DNA of 64,000 nt from Lingula anatina (GCA_051362555.1 CM120641.1:20026001-20090000), one strand, 5' to 3'; counted from the first letter of the stretch, positions 40,301-53,301 are shown. Program-made: numbers and translations. Notes: generated by a model not told the origin, from the sequence alone.

Positions 40301-43300
40301 ACCAACTGACTGCAATCCTTATTCCTAATTTTAGATTGCCCTGATCAGATAACTCTATCTTTAGGCCAAATGTATGTTGCCTAGTAAACAGTTTTCAGAA
40401 AGTGCTCTATATAGAATTTGTTAAAGCCTGTCTTGACTCGAATTTGAGGACTCCCTTAACAGAATATCCCACTTGGGCATGAACTTTAAATATCATTATT
40501 ATCTGCTTTATTCACAAAGTTGTTGTTTATTCTCTAAGTGACAAGATGGACTTACTAGAAAGAGGCAAAAGTCATTACAGGTCAATTAACTCACTCCTTG
40601 TTTAATTGGCACAATTATATTTTTCCTAAAAAATATCAAACCATTATTCTAAAATAAAATACCACTGTATAAAAGAAACAAAGACATTTTAAGTGTAACT
40701 CTACAAAACTTACAGCCTAAATAAAAGGAAGATAATATAAACTAATAAAGATAACAAGAGTAACAAGAGTAAACATGTACAGTAGGCATATCTCAATGAT
40801 AGGTAAATTCACTGCTTATTGACTAGTAGTAGTTACAGTTCTCTGCTCATTTTCATCAATATGCTTCAAAAAAGGTAAAAAAAGGTAAAGTCTCAATCTA
40901 AAGATTTTGGCTGGAAAATATGATTACTTATTTTTCCTTAGGTGTCTTCAACAACTAGTCGGCACTAACTGAGATGGAGTTCTAAAATAGATAATTTACT
41001 ATATATACATTTTTACCTTGCTGTTTTTTCTCTTGGTTTAAACCCAGGCCATCTTCAAAGAAAAATAGAAAGCTTTATATTACAAAAATTCTTTTCTACA
41101 GTCACTTTTAGGGAAAATTAGCATAATGAATTCATTAATAAGGAATAATATTTATATATTAAGACTTTGGATGATGAACAGCTACACCCTCTTGGACAAA
41201 TATTCAGCAGGTAAAAGCAAGATCTTACTAGTACCTTGCCTTTGGCATACGAGTAATCAGTAGGTAAAAGCCAGTTCTTACTTGCTTCTACATATTCATG
41301 ATAAGGAATAACTATCTTACACAATTTCAAGTACCACTACTGCAAAACAATAGCATGGATAATTAAACACTGCCTTAAACTTTGATCAAATACTTCATGC
41401 TGCCTAGTAAGTAAATGTCACAAATGTAAAGTTCACTTAAACAATGGAACATCTACTATATACCTAGTATTTGTATTTCATAAAAAAGAAAAAAATTGAT
41501 CCTCTTTACTTACAGCTCTGTGGTGCTGCCATCTGGTGAGCTTCATGGAAATCACCCATTGATAAGCATGAGCAAAATATGATGAAATGACTGAAGGGGA
41601 TCCTAGGAGAAACTAATTCATTGCAACTCTAACATTAATCAAATCAACTGTGTATCAGATTTGATAACTGTATGTCTTATTTCATCAATTATTCAAATAC
41701 CTAGCTATGATGCACTGTAAGTATTGATGCAATTTTTTTGTTTTGTCCAAAAAAATTGAGCAGATGCATGGAGAAAAAAGTTTTTGCTAAGCACATTGTG
41801 GCAAATCTATTATAGGTGCTTTGGAATGTACAACTCCCATTCCTGACGCTAAAAATAGCAGGTGGCAGAAAGCTGATTTATACAATATTACTGTACCATA
41901 ATAGTCTTGAAAAAATTACATTAGAGACCAACAGAAAAAATGCATTTTCAAAATCGCTTTTTCTCTATCTAATAAACTTCCAAGGGATAAATGGTAAAAC
42001 GATTGCCTACACAGCACACAACTCAGTGGTTTTTCCAAGGGCAATTCATTATGTTTGTCAGCTTAGTCAATAAAAACATTTCTGTGTCCAGGCCTCGACT
42101 TGCTATCCAGAACTGAAGAAATGGGAAATTTGCCAACTGTATATCATATAAAAATCCAACATGGATAAAAATAGGATTATATCAGTAATGACAGAGGTGA
42201 CAAAGATTGTGGCATCTTCCTCTGCAGCAGCATTTCATGCTCTTTTTTTTAAAGTTAAATACATTGCTTTTGCATTTTTATTTCCTCAACCAAATGATGA
42301 ATGATGGTCTCAGACTCTGTTAGGCATCTGTCTTTACACTTTCAATAGCATTTCATCTTCTCAAGCCTAGGGGATTATATCACTGTCTCTTTCTTTTGCT
42401 ATGCTGTCTTATATTCTCTTATCTGCTACACATTTAGCTAAATCTTGTTGGAGAATATCACAGGCAGATTAAAAAAATGGCAGATTTACCAAGCATGGTC
42501 AATAAACACAAAACATTTCATGAACTGGTGAGATTATTCTGTTATATAGTCCACATTAATCCCAATCAGTATGTCCTAGGCTTAGTTAAGGCCAGAATTC
42601 TCACCTGAAAAGTGAGTATCATAAAATAATGCAATGTACAATCACTGAATTAAGATCTGAAATACTTTAGATCTTAGGTCTATTGGTTTCCTTAACTAAA
42701 AGCACCAATTGAAAAACTGTCTTATTGGACATGTACTCCTTATCATAATAAACAGTTACCTTACGTTAATTACACCATGTCAATTTGCACTTTAAAATTC
42801 GCTTCAGCAAAGTTTTTTATGGGTCAAATTTAAGGGCCACTCCAAGGGATTTCCCCCTCCAAAATGAATTTTTAGAGGTTTTCTCCACACGTCTGAAAAT
42901 CCCCCACAATCACATTTATGTCCTGTAAAGCTTCTAAATTTTCCAAATTCAGACTCTTCAATCCAATTTTGTACATATTTTCTTATTTAAAACATGGCAC
43001 TGTGTGTGTGATGACAGATGTTAATTTGACTTACCAGTCATTTAAAAGTTAAGTATTAAATTAAAAATGGAACACACCATTGAATCCAAGTGCAAGGATG
43101 GGTCAAGCAATAATTCGTAAGCAGGAAAATATTGCTCTTTTACCCAGGAAAATTCATTTTGGCAGGAAAATCCCAATGAGTGGCTGTTAGATGTGGTCTA
43201 TCGAGAACCATTTGTTCAGATTTTTTAGCTTAGGTGCACTACACCAAAACAGAAAAATTTGTAGTCCATGCCAAAACAGAATTCAAAACAGATTTAATGA

Positions 43301-46300
43301 AGCATGGCCATGAATCTGTTTGTGAGTGTTTCAATCAGCTAAGTATGCTGAAACAGCATGTAGCATTGATTATGACTGAAGGCTATGAAAGGATTGGAGC
43401 ACAGCTACCACAATCATGCAATCTTACAATATAATAGCTCACTCTATATTGACTCTACAGGTTAATATCTAGTTAACTTAATGTAGATCACCAAACATAT
43501 ACCTTCACACATGCAAGTAGTTGTTTATTATCTCTAGACTAGTGTCCTGAAACTTTGATACACACATCATCTTCTATAATACATACTAGTACAGCCATAG
43601 GTACATTGTCCTTGTTTGTCTGGTTACAAATCCTATTCAGTGTTAGTTGCATAATCTATCCTTAAGCCCAGATCAGACTTCTAAATAATTAAAATTTGGG
43701 ACATGCACACTTCTCAGCTAAGATATACTGTAATGCAGTTACTAGTAAATAATTTCCTCTGACAGGTGATGTATTTAATGTACAATTCTTGCACACAGCT
43801 ACAAGCAAACAGATATATATCCTAGGCCTGTCTAAGGCTTCATTCACATGCAATGTCTATTTTCTAAATTCTATTTTCTATTTGCGGTATGTCTTATGAT
43901 CACGGTCTGTGCCCTGAATATCCCGCGGCGTAATTACTGGCAGCGCGAGCCAGTTACTATAAGTTACTATAAGTAACTGGCTCGCGCTGCCAGTAATTAC
44001 GCGGTGGGATATTCAGGGCACAGACCGTGATCATAAGATAGCGCGAATAGAAAATAGAATTTAGAAAATAGACATTGCATGTGAACGAAGCCTAATATAA
44101 CTACTACACCTAATTATAATCACTCCCACATGCGATTATGACCACTGCATGTTTCTACACAAATTTGACAAATTTAGTCTAGATGGACATTTCTTACCAG
44201 AATACGCCCAAAATTGTCCATTACACCTGTTACATCATTTCTGAATTTTATGTCATCTATCTTTTGACAAAAGTTGAAAGGCATTGTGCAAAACAATGTT
44301 TAAATTGTCTGAACACCTCAGAGGTGTATAAAAGTAAGAGGACCAAAGATACAAACTTTTAGGCATAACTGATTTAAACTGAAAAAAATATGGCACAGTT
44401 CATAATTGAAAACAATTCTCTTTTATGGGATACTATTAGAACTAAGTACTCATGAAAATGACCCCCCCCCCCCCTCAAAAAAAAAAAAAAAAAAAAAAAA
44501 AGAAAATTGGAAATCCTTCTTTGACTTTTGTGATATTCTTATATCTTGCCTATAATACAAAAATCACAGTATTTCAATCTTTGAAGGGCACAGCCATTAA
44601 AATTGCACTATTTTCCATAGTACTCGCTCTATCTGATCACTATGTTTATCATCAACTGTTGCCCAACTTGAAAGCATAAATCTTGTCAAAGTCCTGTGAG
44701 GCCAATAATTTAACCACAAAAATAGATAAGCTACCATTGTCATAATTCAGCTTTATATTTCACTTGACTTGAAAGCCAATGTGCATGCATTTGCATCATC
44801 AGGTTTCTGATAGTACAATTTATACTCACTTTGAAGGCTTCCAGCTTTCTTTCAGAGCCAAAAATGATCACACCATTCAGAACAACATCTCAACTCTTTA
44901 CAAAGCTTTGAACTTCAAGTTTACCACAATAAACAATTAACAACTCAAATATGAACCTCTTTTTACAATTAACATTTCAATGAAAGCTTCATCAAGGGGA
45001 TACATATATACAAATTTCCAATTATATTCTTTCAAAGCAGTAGACAGATAGGTAGTGATCAATTTGAGAAGATTATTTCATTGAAGATTTCTTTAGAGTC
45101 CACAACTAGTCTTGCTTCAGAAACTGGACAACAAATAAGTGATACATTTTTACAAAATAAAATATATCAAACGTATTTTAAAATTCTGAAATATGATGAA
45201 TGTCACACTGCAAATTTGACAGGATATTTTTCAGAAAGAGCAAACAAGTACCATCTTTTTTTTCTATACATATGCCTTATTCTTTTCTAAAGATGTACAC
45301 ACAGAGGTACATGAGATTAACTGAAATAGGACTCCATCTCAGGTGTAGGTAAAGAGGCCCGTCTGGACCAGGGGAAAAAATCCACCAACTTGGAAGTGTC
45401 TTCAGGCACAAAATAAAAAAAAATTGAATTAGGTCTGAAATACAAAACCAGACAGTTATAAAACTAAAAGAATACACCTTCTTGTGGTTACTTAGTTGGA
45501 GTGGAAGAGAGTAAAAGGATCTACAGAGAGCTGAAAATTCATGCTTGCCCGTGTCTTTATGTACACCTGAACCGTTCTAGGTATCTGTTAGTGCCTGCAC
45601 ACATACTAACAGTGGAACACCTTATTCATATCCTAAAGATATAAAGAATGAGCAAGGAAACTCAACAGGGACCGAGTTAATAGGATCTGTGATAATAACA
45701 TTTGTGATATCATATAACTTCTACACCTGCTTACAGACTGCAGTATAACAACAGGCAGGCTTATGTTATACTGAGCTACTCTATTTATATCTAAAATTCA
45801 TTTCAGTTGAACCAGGATTAATTGGGTTAATGATGAACTAAGGTATGTTAATTGTGATATATGGAGTACAGAGACTGTTGTAAGGATTCACTCGGGATTT
45901 CAAATGAATAAAATGAACATGACACTGAGGTAACACCGTTGTATAATCCAAAGGCCCTGCCCAGATGAACACATTCAATATTTCCTCTATGACCTTCAGT
46001 TATGACATAATTCTTCCATATGTGATTCCACTTTTTTTTCTTTATTTTTCAATGTATATAAGTCTGAGGTAGTTTCACTTTAGATTTCAATCAATATGTC
46101 GAAAGCTAAGTGGTTATAACTGAACTTTGAAATCAAAGTAAAGAGAACTTTACTAGTAACCACATAAGGCAGTGAAAAAGACAACTGAAGACTTAAGTGT
46201 ACTTATGTTCAGTCTTAAAACCTGTCACTTACTTAATGCTACCTATTTAAGAGTTTCCAAAGTTCAGTAGAGTGGGGTTAATCCCCATACCCCTTTTTAT

Positions 46301-47563
46301 TTTTCACCAAATCAATGGTGAACATAGACAGGCAGGATGATAATTATCTATACACCAAACAAGGTCTAATAAGTAATGTTATGCTCATGATTTATAATCA
46401 GCAGTAAGACTAAAATGTGGTCCAAATAAAACAAACAAGTCTAGACCTATCAGTTCTTATCTACTTATGATACTTCATGAAGTTATACTGGCATGACATC
46501 ATCTCTGGTATAAAAAATGAAAATTATATCAGGGTAAATTTGTCACTCGATAAGTTTAAGCTGCCAATAGTGCAAACAATGCTTTCAAAACTGACTGTTC
46601 AGTTTCATGATGCTGCTTTCAAGATTGGAAATAAAAAATGCAGTGGCATCCTGACCAAACACCTGCCAACAGATCTGGAACTCAAGTTTACAGCTATATG
46701 ACTATTTTAAGTTCTGAAATTTTAACTTGTCGCTTACATAACAGAAAGAAGGGGAGAGGGGTTAAATGACATCATCATTATAGCTTCACTGACTTATGTT
46801 CTGTCACCAGTTCATACTACAGTTCTATGCAATAGAAATACTGAAAAGGTAGCAAAGTGGTAATGAATTATCAATACTATGCCAAATAACATTTGTACGA
46901 AGCCATAAGATGAAAACAACAGATTTAATGCATAGCTTTTTCTCTCAGACACATTAATAAATAATCTATCCACCTTCAGTCTTTATCTGGAAACCCCTAA
47001 CAGGGCCCCAACTTCTCAATTACTGACCCAGATACGTGTTACGTGTCCTGTACTACTGATACTAGGTACTATTACTTGTTAATTTATATTATTTTTAAAA
47101 CTGTTATATTTTTTAAAACGTTTATTACACTGAATTTCATGGCATCGTGATGTGTGTCAAATTGCAGATGTCCAGATTAATCAAATTGAGTGTCAATCCT
47201 TTTAAAACCAAGGCCAACCAAAGGCACATGACTGTGTTTATCTTTATCAATACAACATCATTATCAATGACAACACAGTCTAGTAGTCGGCTTCAAGCCA
47301 AAACGGCTCGGACTTAAACTATGCACATATACCGTTCACATGTTGTTAACCAAGATAACCAGGCCATGCCATTATTCGGCATAACTTATTCTGGATTTGA
47401 CTTAAAAATTCATTTCAATAAATGACATGGTTCCATGCGTACGGCGCCATGTTGACACAACCTGAAACCAGGTTGACGGACACCTACCTTTTTCCGGTGA
47501 AGGAAAAGTATTAAGCGGCTCCTCATCGCGGGTAACTTGTGTTATAATGGACGTATTGTCCAT
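16266..47563 (-). CDS. CTDSPL: Small CTD phosphatase (SCP/CTDSP family, HAD superfamily), 258-261 aa canonical isoform
   Basis: Exons (minus): 47488-47563 [15 protein letters not shown]..; 27244-27383 [16 protein letters not shown]..; 24445-24546 or 23790-23900 ([13 protein letters not shown]); 22193-22249 [19 protein letters not shown]; 20005-20097 [20 protein letters not shown]; 18571-18669 [24 protein letters not shown]; 17872-17958 [23 protein letters not shown]; 16266-16388 [14 protein letters not shown]. All GT-AG with compatible phases. Which vertebrate paralog (CTDSP1/2/L) is closest cannot be settled here. Confidence 0.96.
16698..17794. mobile_element. Non-autonomous DNA transposon, ~1.1 kb, PIF/Harbinger-type, in the last CTDSP intron
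   Basis: 34-bp TIRs GGCCACACTTTTT..TATGGATGACATCCT (16698-16731 and 17761-17794), TAA TSD both sides, CpG-rich interior, no transposase ORF seen. Confidence 0.88.
23352..23509. mobile_element. Short inverted-repeat element (MITE-like or RNA hairpin)
   Basis: CCCATACCTAGATTGATCTAGCAGGATCGA pairs with TTGATCCTGCTAGATCGACCTAGGTATGGG at 27/30 positions; no clear TSD. Confidence 0.6.
23790..23900 (-). CDS. CTDSPL: CTDSP catalytic exon copy 3b ([37 protein letters not shown])
   Basis: 111 nt, phase 0-0, acceptor ttttgtttag, donor AAG|GTGAGT, intact DxDxT motif with canonical HSSFK. Confidence 0.9.
24445..24546 (-). CDS. CTDSPL: CTDSP catalytic exon copy 3a ([34 protein letters not shown])
   Basis: 102 nt, phase 0-0, acceptor gtttctag, donor CAG|GTGAGT, intact DxDxT motif. 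Confidence 0.88.
27479..27506 (+). repeat. G28 homopolymer
   Basis: Directly visible run of G. Confidence 0.9.
31579..32730 (-). CDS. CTDSPL: Large alternative CTDSP exon encoding a ~380-aa Asn/Ser/Gln-rich low-complexity N-terminal extension
   Basis: 407-codon ORF in intron 1, same strand as CTDSP; donor CCAG|GTAGGC at 31579/31578 is phase 1, in frame with exon 27383; acceptor ttttgaatag ending 32731 is also phase 1 (1152 nt, symmetric); ATG at 32719. Confidence 0.75.
34178..34323 (+). repeat. Degenerate two-unit tandem duplication (~89-bp period) followed by (GA)n at 34326-34354
   Basis: TTTCCCTT..AATAACAGCTTTATTATA..CTTTAT.TTCACTTT occurs twice. Confidence 0.65.
36232..36523 (-). CDS. 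Candidate alternative first coding exon of CTDSP ([15 protein letters not shown], 97 codons +1 nt)
   Basis: Within a 163-codon open frame; donor GGG|GTAAGA in phase 1, in frame with the shared exon at 27383. Confidence 0.5.
38417..38531 (-). CDS. Candidate alternative first coding exon of CTDSP ([14 protein letters not shown], 38 codons +1 nt)
   Basis: ATG at 38531; donor AGC|GTAAGT in phase 1. Confidence 0.55.
39725..39836 (-). CDS. Candidate alternative first coding exon of CTDSP ([17 protein letters not shown], 37 codons +1 nt)
   Basis: ATG in good context (AAATCATGG); open to donor AAG|GTAGAT in phase 1. Confidence 0.4.
43836..44092. mobile_element. Palindromic MITE, 257 bp, PIF/Harbinger (Tourist)-type
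   Basis: Nearly whole-length inverted repeat (GGCTTCATTCACATGC...GCATGTGAACGAAGCC) flanked by TAA at 43833-43835 and 44093-44095. Confidence 0.9.
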
Positions 47564-47887
47564 CTAGCTTGCTTCCTGGAGCCTTGTCAGAATCGATCAC
47601 CTACAAATTAGCATGAAATATTGCATGGAAACTAGCAAATTTCACACAAGATGGACGAATCAAGAAGTTCAAAATATAATCTGTTTCAACATCTCCTTGC
47701 ATAGTTAACCTATTTCCATAACGAGGCTGACGGGAAATATTACGCCTTAGGTGGGAGATCAAATGATATTTTGCCATATATATAACCCAGTTTTAACATT
47801 CATACGGTATTTATTTACAAACAAGGATTAATTGTTATAACCAACCCCTCTGTCTCCGGGAAACGAATTCCCGCGAATTCATCCTAC

Positions 47888-47960
47888 CTAGGTGGGCCTT
47901 GAAACTGTCTCTTTACGTGCCCTGGATAACAGCGCGCGCTGATTGGCGAAGTAGATGAAA
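47888..47960 (-). promoter_or_regulatory. Probable CTDSP main promoter and 5' non-coding exon
   Basis: Donor TAG|GTAGGA at 47888/47887 could join acceptor tttgtag ending 47601; CpG cluster GCGCGCGC (47932-47939) and CCAAT box on minus (ATTGG 47942-47946). Confidence 0.5.
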
Positions 47961-48942
47961 ACATGCAGCCCATGTGACACAAATCGTAAACAGTAGCACA
48001 TGCTTTTAATTTTGGCAGGTATCCAAAAATCTTTGACTACAGTACTAATATTGGGAAAATTAAGATATTTTCGTTTTTTTACCAAGTTGTTTTCAGTTTT
48101 TTTTTGTCAATTACTTATTTTTTTACATAAGTGTTGTCTTAAAAAGGTAAATTAGCCTACATTTATGATGAATAAATGCGAATTTATTTTTAGCATTGGA
48201 TGCTTTCACGATGCCATCAACAAAAATATTTAGTCAAATTTTGGATATCTACACAATTAACAAACCCGACTTCTACCAGGACGGCAGATTGATTTTGCAC
48301 TAGATATTCACAAATATGTCTCTGGCTGATTTATTATAAATTTTTCTACTGTATTAACTTCATCCATCAGCTGGCCTAAAGCATAGAATACACAAACCCA
48401 GAATTCCAGACGACACTGGATCGAAACCCACCTCTCACTCATTCTCAATATATGGGTCCATTTAGCATTTTTCCAAAATTTCATTAAAAGTATAAAGCGA
48501 GCGGAAGATTTTTTGTCCAAGTGGAACTTAACGAACATAAGTCTAGCAGATAAAAAAATAACAATTACTAAATTTTTCTGTTCTCAAATAGAAAAAAATC
48601 ATAAAAGGATTTAATTTTAAACCTTCATTATTGTCGTTCGCAGCACCATTTCACATTCTCCAATCGATTTAGTTGATTTTTAATAAATCAGAAAATCTTA
48701 TACTTGGCAGGAGGCGAGTATGGTATTTAACGTCTCAGGAAATGTCTTAGATGTTTATTTCAAATCACTCAATAAATAACTTGCGGCTACGTTCATGGTG
48801 TCGCCTGATTTTTGAAATTGAAAAACCTTCGTTAAGTCTTTTGGCGCATGTCCTTCTTTTTAATTGTTTTGTGATTTTTTGTACTATTTTACCTATTGAA
48901 AATCCTCAATTAAGTTTCATCCATTATTAACAAGGCAATATG

Positions 48943-49207
48943 CAGGGGCGGATCCAGAATTTTTTGAAGGAAAGGTCCGGTTTTTTAAGGAAAGACAGGC
49001 CTCGGATTGCAAGGCCAACCCTCACCCCCTTGGCGTCAGGTTCGGGGCACGCTCGAGGCCCCGAAAAAAATTGGCGTTTTGGAGGGCAAATGGTATCATT
49101 TGGTACGTTTTAGAACTATATAGTTCAGCTAGACGTTCTTTGTGCGTTTTATTACCGGAATGGAAGGGGGGAAAGGGCCACCCTGACACCCCCTAATTTC
49201 GCCACTG
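48943..49207. mobile_element. Non-autonomous element with CAGGGGCG..CGCCACTG termini and 5-bp TSD
   Basis: Imperfect TIRs; ATATG at 48938-48942 and 49208-49212; GC-rich interior. Confidence 0.7.
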
Positions 49208-49861
49208 ATATGGTTACAGGACACAGTCAAATGTTTTAGACGAAACATGGAAAAATTGCATTATAACAGTAAGAAATTTGCAAAAGCTTCGTTACAAAGT
49301 ATTGTGAAAAAATATGCTTAAGGTATGACAAAATGTGTACTTTTCGTAATTCCCCTTGAGTGCAGTAAATTTTTTGTTAATATGAATAACTGGCGAATAT
49401 TATCCAAAAGGGTTGTTGTTTTTAAAACTTTCATTACCAAAATAGACGAACCCTTTGGTACTTCGTCCCCGTATTAGCAAGGCATGAATTTTAAAAATGT
49501 CACTGATTTCTTAAAAAGACCTAGATTTATCACTTTTTGTCACAAGAGATTTAGAAAAATTAGAATTCGCGCGACTTTATATATAACTTCGTTTTTCACC
49601 TTCCGTTTTTTTTTTTTGTTTTTGTTTTTGTTTTTTTTTAAATGGGCCTTTATCGAGAATGGGTGCTCTGGTTAATGGGATAATAACTGTTCGTTTAAAA
49701 AAAAAAAAAAAAAAAAAAAGGCTTTCCTGGTAAACGACAATTTTCCTAAATTTGCCAATGGTTAACGGAATGGCTCAATTCTTCAAAATTAGTCTGCGTT
49801 TTTTTTCCCTGAAAAGTTTGTTATTTTGTAACCAAATATAGAACACTTCACTACTACTAGC

Positions 49862-49924
49862 CAGGGGCAGATCCAGGATTATCTGAAGAGAGGGTCCCCT
49901 GACACACCCCTAAATCAGCCACTG
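49862..49924. mobile_element. 63-bp minimal copy of the same element type
   Basis: CAGGGGCAGATCCAGGA...CCCCTAAATCAGCCACTG flanked by CTAGC/CTAGT. Confidence 0.6.
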
Positions 49925-50887
49925 CTAGTGATTATTTGACGGGGTTTCAAATATTTATTACTGTCAATTAGTTTGTAAGGTCACTAAAGTAAACTATCTT
50001 GTTTCATGACAAATTCTAATGTAGACCACACTGCAGTCGGTCAGATAGTATCTGTAATTTACAGGCGTGTGTCGGTCTACCAAGTAGATTAATTAATATT
50101 TGGCACAAGTGTAATTTACGCTTTGAGAGTCGGAATCTTTCACGCGTTTGGAACCCTGTTGATGTTGCCTGTTCTCGCATTTATTTTAACCGTTTATGGG
50201 GAAAAACTATGCATGGACATTGGAAAAGAGTAGAAATATTTTCACTTTTGACGAGTCGATATACCGGTATATTTTTTATTGTGATTAAAATATAGGCCTA
50301 CACTCCATACCGATAGGTTTGAAAATCCCGAAAATGCTTATTTTTGTCATCCACAGCTTGTTAAAAAACCTTCCACACACCTTAAAATAATTAAACCCTT
50401 AAACATTTTTATGGATCGTACTAGTAACCTAATTTTGATATTTCAATCGGAGCTTACTGGAAAATGGTTTCTGTTACTGACTGTCCAAGGCCAATCATTT
50501 TACATGTTAAGCTACAATAAACCTTAATAAATTTGATCAAAGGTCGAATCCACGTGTAGAGAGGGATGGATAAAGGATTCCATTTGAAAGAGAATGGACA
50601 TGTCAAATTTATACAAGTTTATTCACATGTAGACGATGCAAACTGATGATGTAAAGCCGATGATGTCGTTTCATACTACGGAGCATTCTCCTCTTGGAAA
50701 CTTTGAGGTCCGTGAAGGTCAGTGTAATTTGCGCGTGCGCATGTGTATATCACCATTGGTTACACCACGCCGTGGTGATACCCAAGCAGAGTGGAGAAGA
50801 CTCGCTGCATTACAAATTATTTACCGTCTCTCTCCACATAAGCAAGTAACACAAATCTTCTATGACTGTCAGCCAATAACGAAAGCT

Positions 50888-52482
50888 ATGGGTGACTTTG
50901 CATATCATCAAGAAGTTTTGAGGAAAGCTCGAGTAATAGAAAGGAAAAGGGAAGCAGCGAGAGCCACTGATATTCAGGTAATGAACACTTTTTAAACATG
51001 AAATAATGTATTTCATGTCACTTTTTATCGAAAACAAATTCAACGCTAGCCATATGCTTAAATCCCTGACGGAAAACGTTACTTACACCGACAATAGTGA
51101 CAGTTTCAATGTGTGCTAATTCTAGGCATTATTCCTGGCACCACTAGTTATAAATTAAACTTAAAAGCAAGCCCATCTGATTACAAGGCATTAAAATGAA
51201 ATGCTATTTTGTTACTCTCTTACTATTTAGTAAATTTTACAGTAGAAGTTTATGGACTTACAATTGCCCCTGATGATACAGTTTCTTAAAATGACTTCTG
51301 TAAACTGTGCGTAAACTGAATTAAAGCTAAAATCGCAAAGAAGGTATTCTGCATGCTTACAACATAAAATAATAACACTGACCAGTGCATGATTAGTTTT
51401 ATGTTTAAAATAATCCAAGTAATAGTGAGATATTTTTTAACTGTCCTTACTGCAGTAATATAACTGACAGTATCTACAGAAATTAGATATCATTTTAAAA
51501 ACTTTTATTTCAGTTTGGTGAAGAATTCACAAACTCTGTTGGAACCAAAAGTGGTAAAAGAGAGCAAGTAGCTGCAAGATACAATGATTACAGGTATTTT
51601 AACAGTTTTCTTTACTTTTTAAAAAATCTGTTCCTTTGTTATTGTTGACTTTATTGCCATTTTTTTCTCCCCAAGAAAAATTATTTGATTAGCTCCTGAA
51701 GCCAAATATTTTAATAATCTTTTTTTATTAAAAAAAAGATCAATGCATAAAAGATAAATTGTTAATCATCATGTTAAAGATTATCCTGTATTCAATTACA
51801 TTTTTGATTGGTGTTTAGATATTATTTATGTATTTTTGCCATAAAATATTAACAGATAAATATTTTTTTCCTTCTTCTCTTATGAGATATATTATTCTAT
51901 GACAAGGTTGCTGTTGATTTACTAACTATTCCAAGTTAAATCATTGACATTTGCTTCTAGTTGCTCTCATGTCTAACTGTTCTACTCCATCATACTTGAC
52001 GAATGGTACTCAGGTAGAGCATTTGAGGTCATTCACTGTGTTCCATATTTACCTATAAATAAATTGACAAAATCTTTCTTTGATCAATTTAAACAAACAG
52101 GTCCTGATTAAAAGAGTAATGAGTTAAATAGTTACCTTCTAATTACAGCCAGGATTTGGATCGTTTTAGACTGACACAAGATGGTTTCAAAAATCGTTAT
52201 CGAGCTAAGGATGTTGAATATCCTCATGTTGATGTAATCTATAAAGTCATGTACCCTGAAACTGACAACAGCTCTTATACATGCGAAGAAACCAGAACAG
52301 ATAGAAGGATGAATGTGCAAATGTCAAAGTATCATGCTCATGTACAAGTTGATGGGATAAACCATCCTGTACCTGCATCGCCCAAATCAGAAGCTCAAGA
52401 AACTCAACAAAGTGCAACAGAAAAAGGAAATAAAACTCCAAGCCAAACAGAAAAAGTTAAATCTCCTGTTACTGAAACTTAA
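50888..52482 (+). CDS. Small uncharacterised protein, 167 aa (MGDFAYHQEVLRKARVIERKREAA...), 3 exons
   Basis: Exons 50888-50977 (CAG|GTAATG), 51514-51593 (tttcag / CAG|GTATTT, phase 2), 52149-52482 (ttacag); continuous frame; AATAAA at 52495-52500; NRF1-like GCGCGTGCGCATG at 50731-50743 upstream. An upstream in-frame ATG at 50636 also exists. Confidence 0.75.
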
Positions 52483-53301
52483 ATGCATGGCTTCAATAAA
52501 ACAACCTTTAACAGTCAGTTTAAAGATTCTTAATTAATCAAAATCAAATAATGCATAATATGAAGCATAATAATCGTATAACTCACTCATGATTATTAGT
52601 GAGTTAAATTTTGTTCAGTGCACGTGAAGCTTTATGAAATGCAAGGGTTACTTAAGACATTGAATTGAATTTTCATTTTTATAATATTTTGATAATTTGC
52701 TCAAGTTTTTCTTTGAATTTTTTCCCTTTCCATTTATAAAGCAATGGCAAAAGTGCTCAACTTACAAAAACAGTAAAAACAAAAATGTTTTAGTATCAAG
52801 CTCAATTGAAGTTGTGAGGCAATATTTTTCGTATGAAAATGAGACAGTTGAATTTTTTTGTTTCAATTCTTTTTTTTTTTTTCATTTATGTTTGCATCTG
52901 AAGCTGAAGTAATTGAATGTGATGTGATTCTTGTTATGAAATATTTTTGCATGGCAATGTTTTTAAGTTTTAAATTAAAGTTGGTTTGGGAGATGCATTG
53001 CATTATAAAATCTCTACTACATGACATCAGTTATTGTGTGGGTTGTGTGTTACTATTGGCTGTTCCAGTTAGCTGCAGATTTATTTATATTTCAAACCAT
53101 TAAATGTAGTTTAAGTTCAAAATGCATCAAATGCATATCAATCTTCAGTTTACCGTCAGATGAATACTAAAATATATATTGTGTTCATAAATGACAAAAT
53201 CCCATGACTTATTTTTACTGACCTGAACAAATTTAAAGTTAAAAAAAGTTTTGTGTGGCATTGATTTGGTGATCACTGTTGGTTTTGTACTCTGATTGTA
53301 G

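Noticed and set aside
40929-40981. Possible exon after a ttttag acceptor on minus
   Set aside because: Stops in all three frames and no good donor.
43836-44092. Hairpin as a miRNA precursor or CRISPR-like repeat
   Set aside because: TAA TSDs, TIRs and a second dispersed copy identify it as a MITE.
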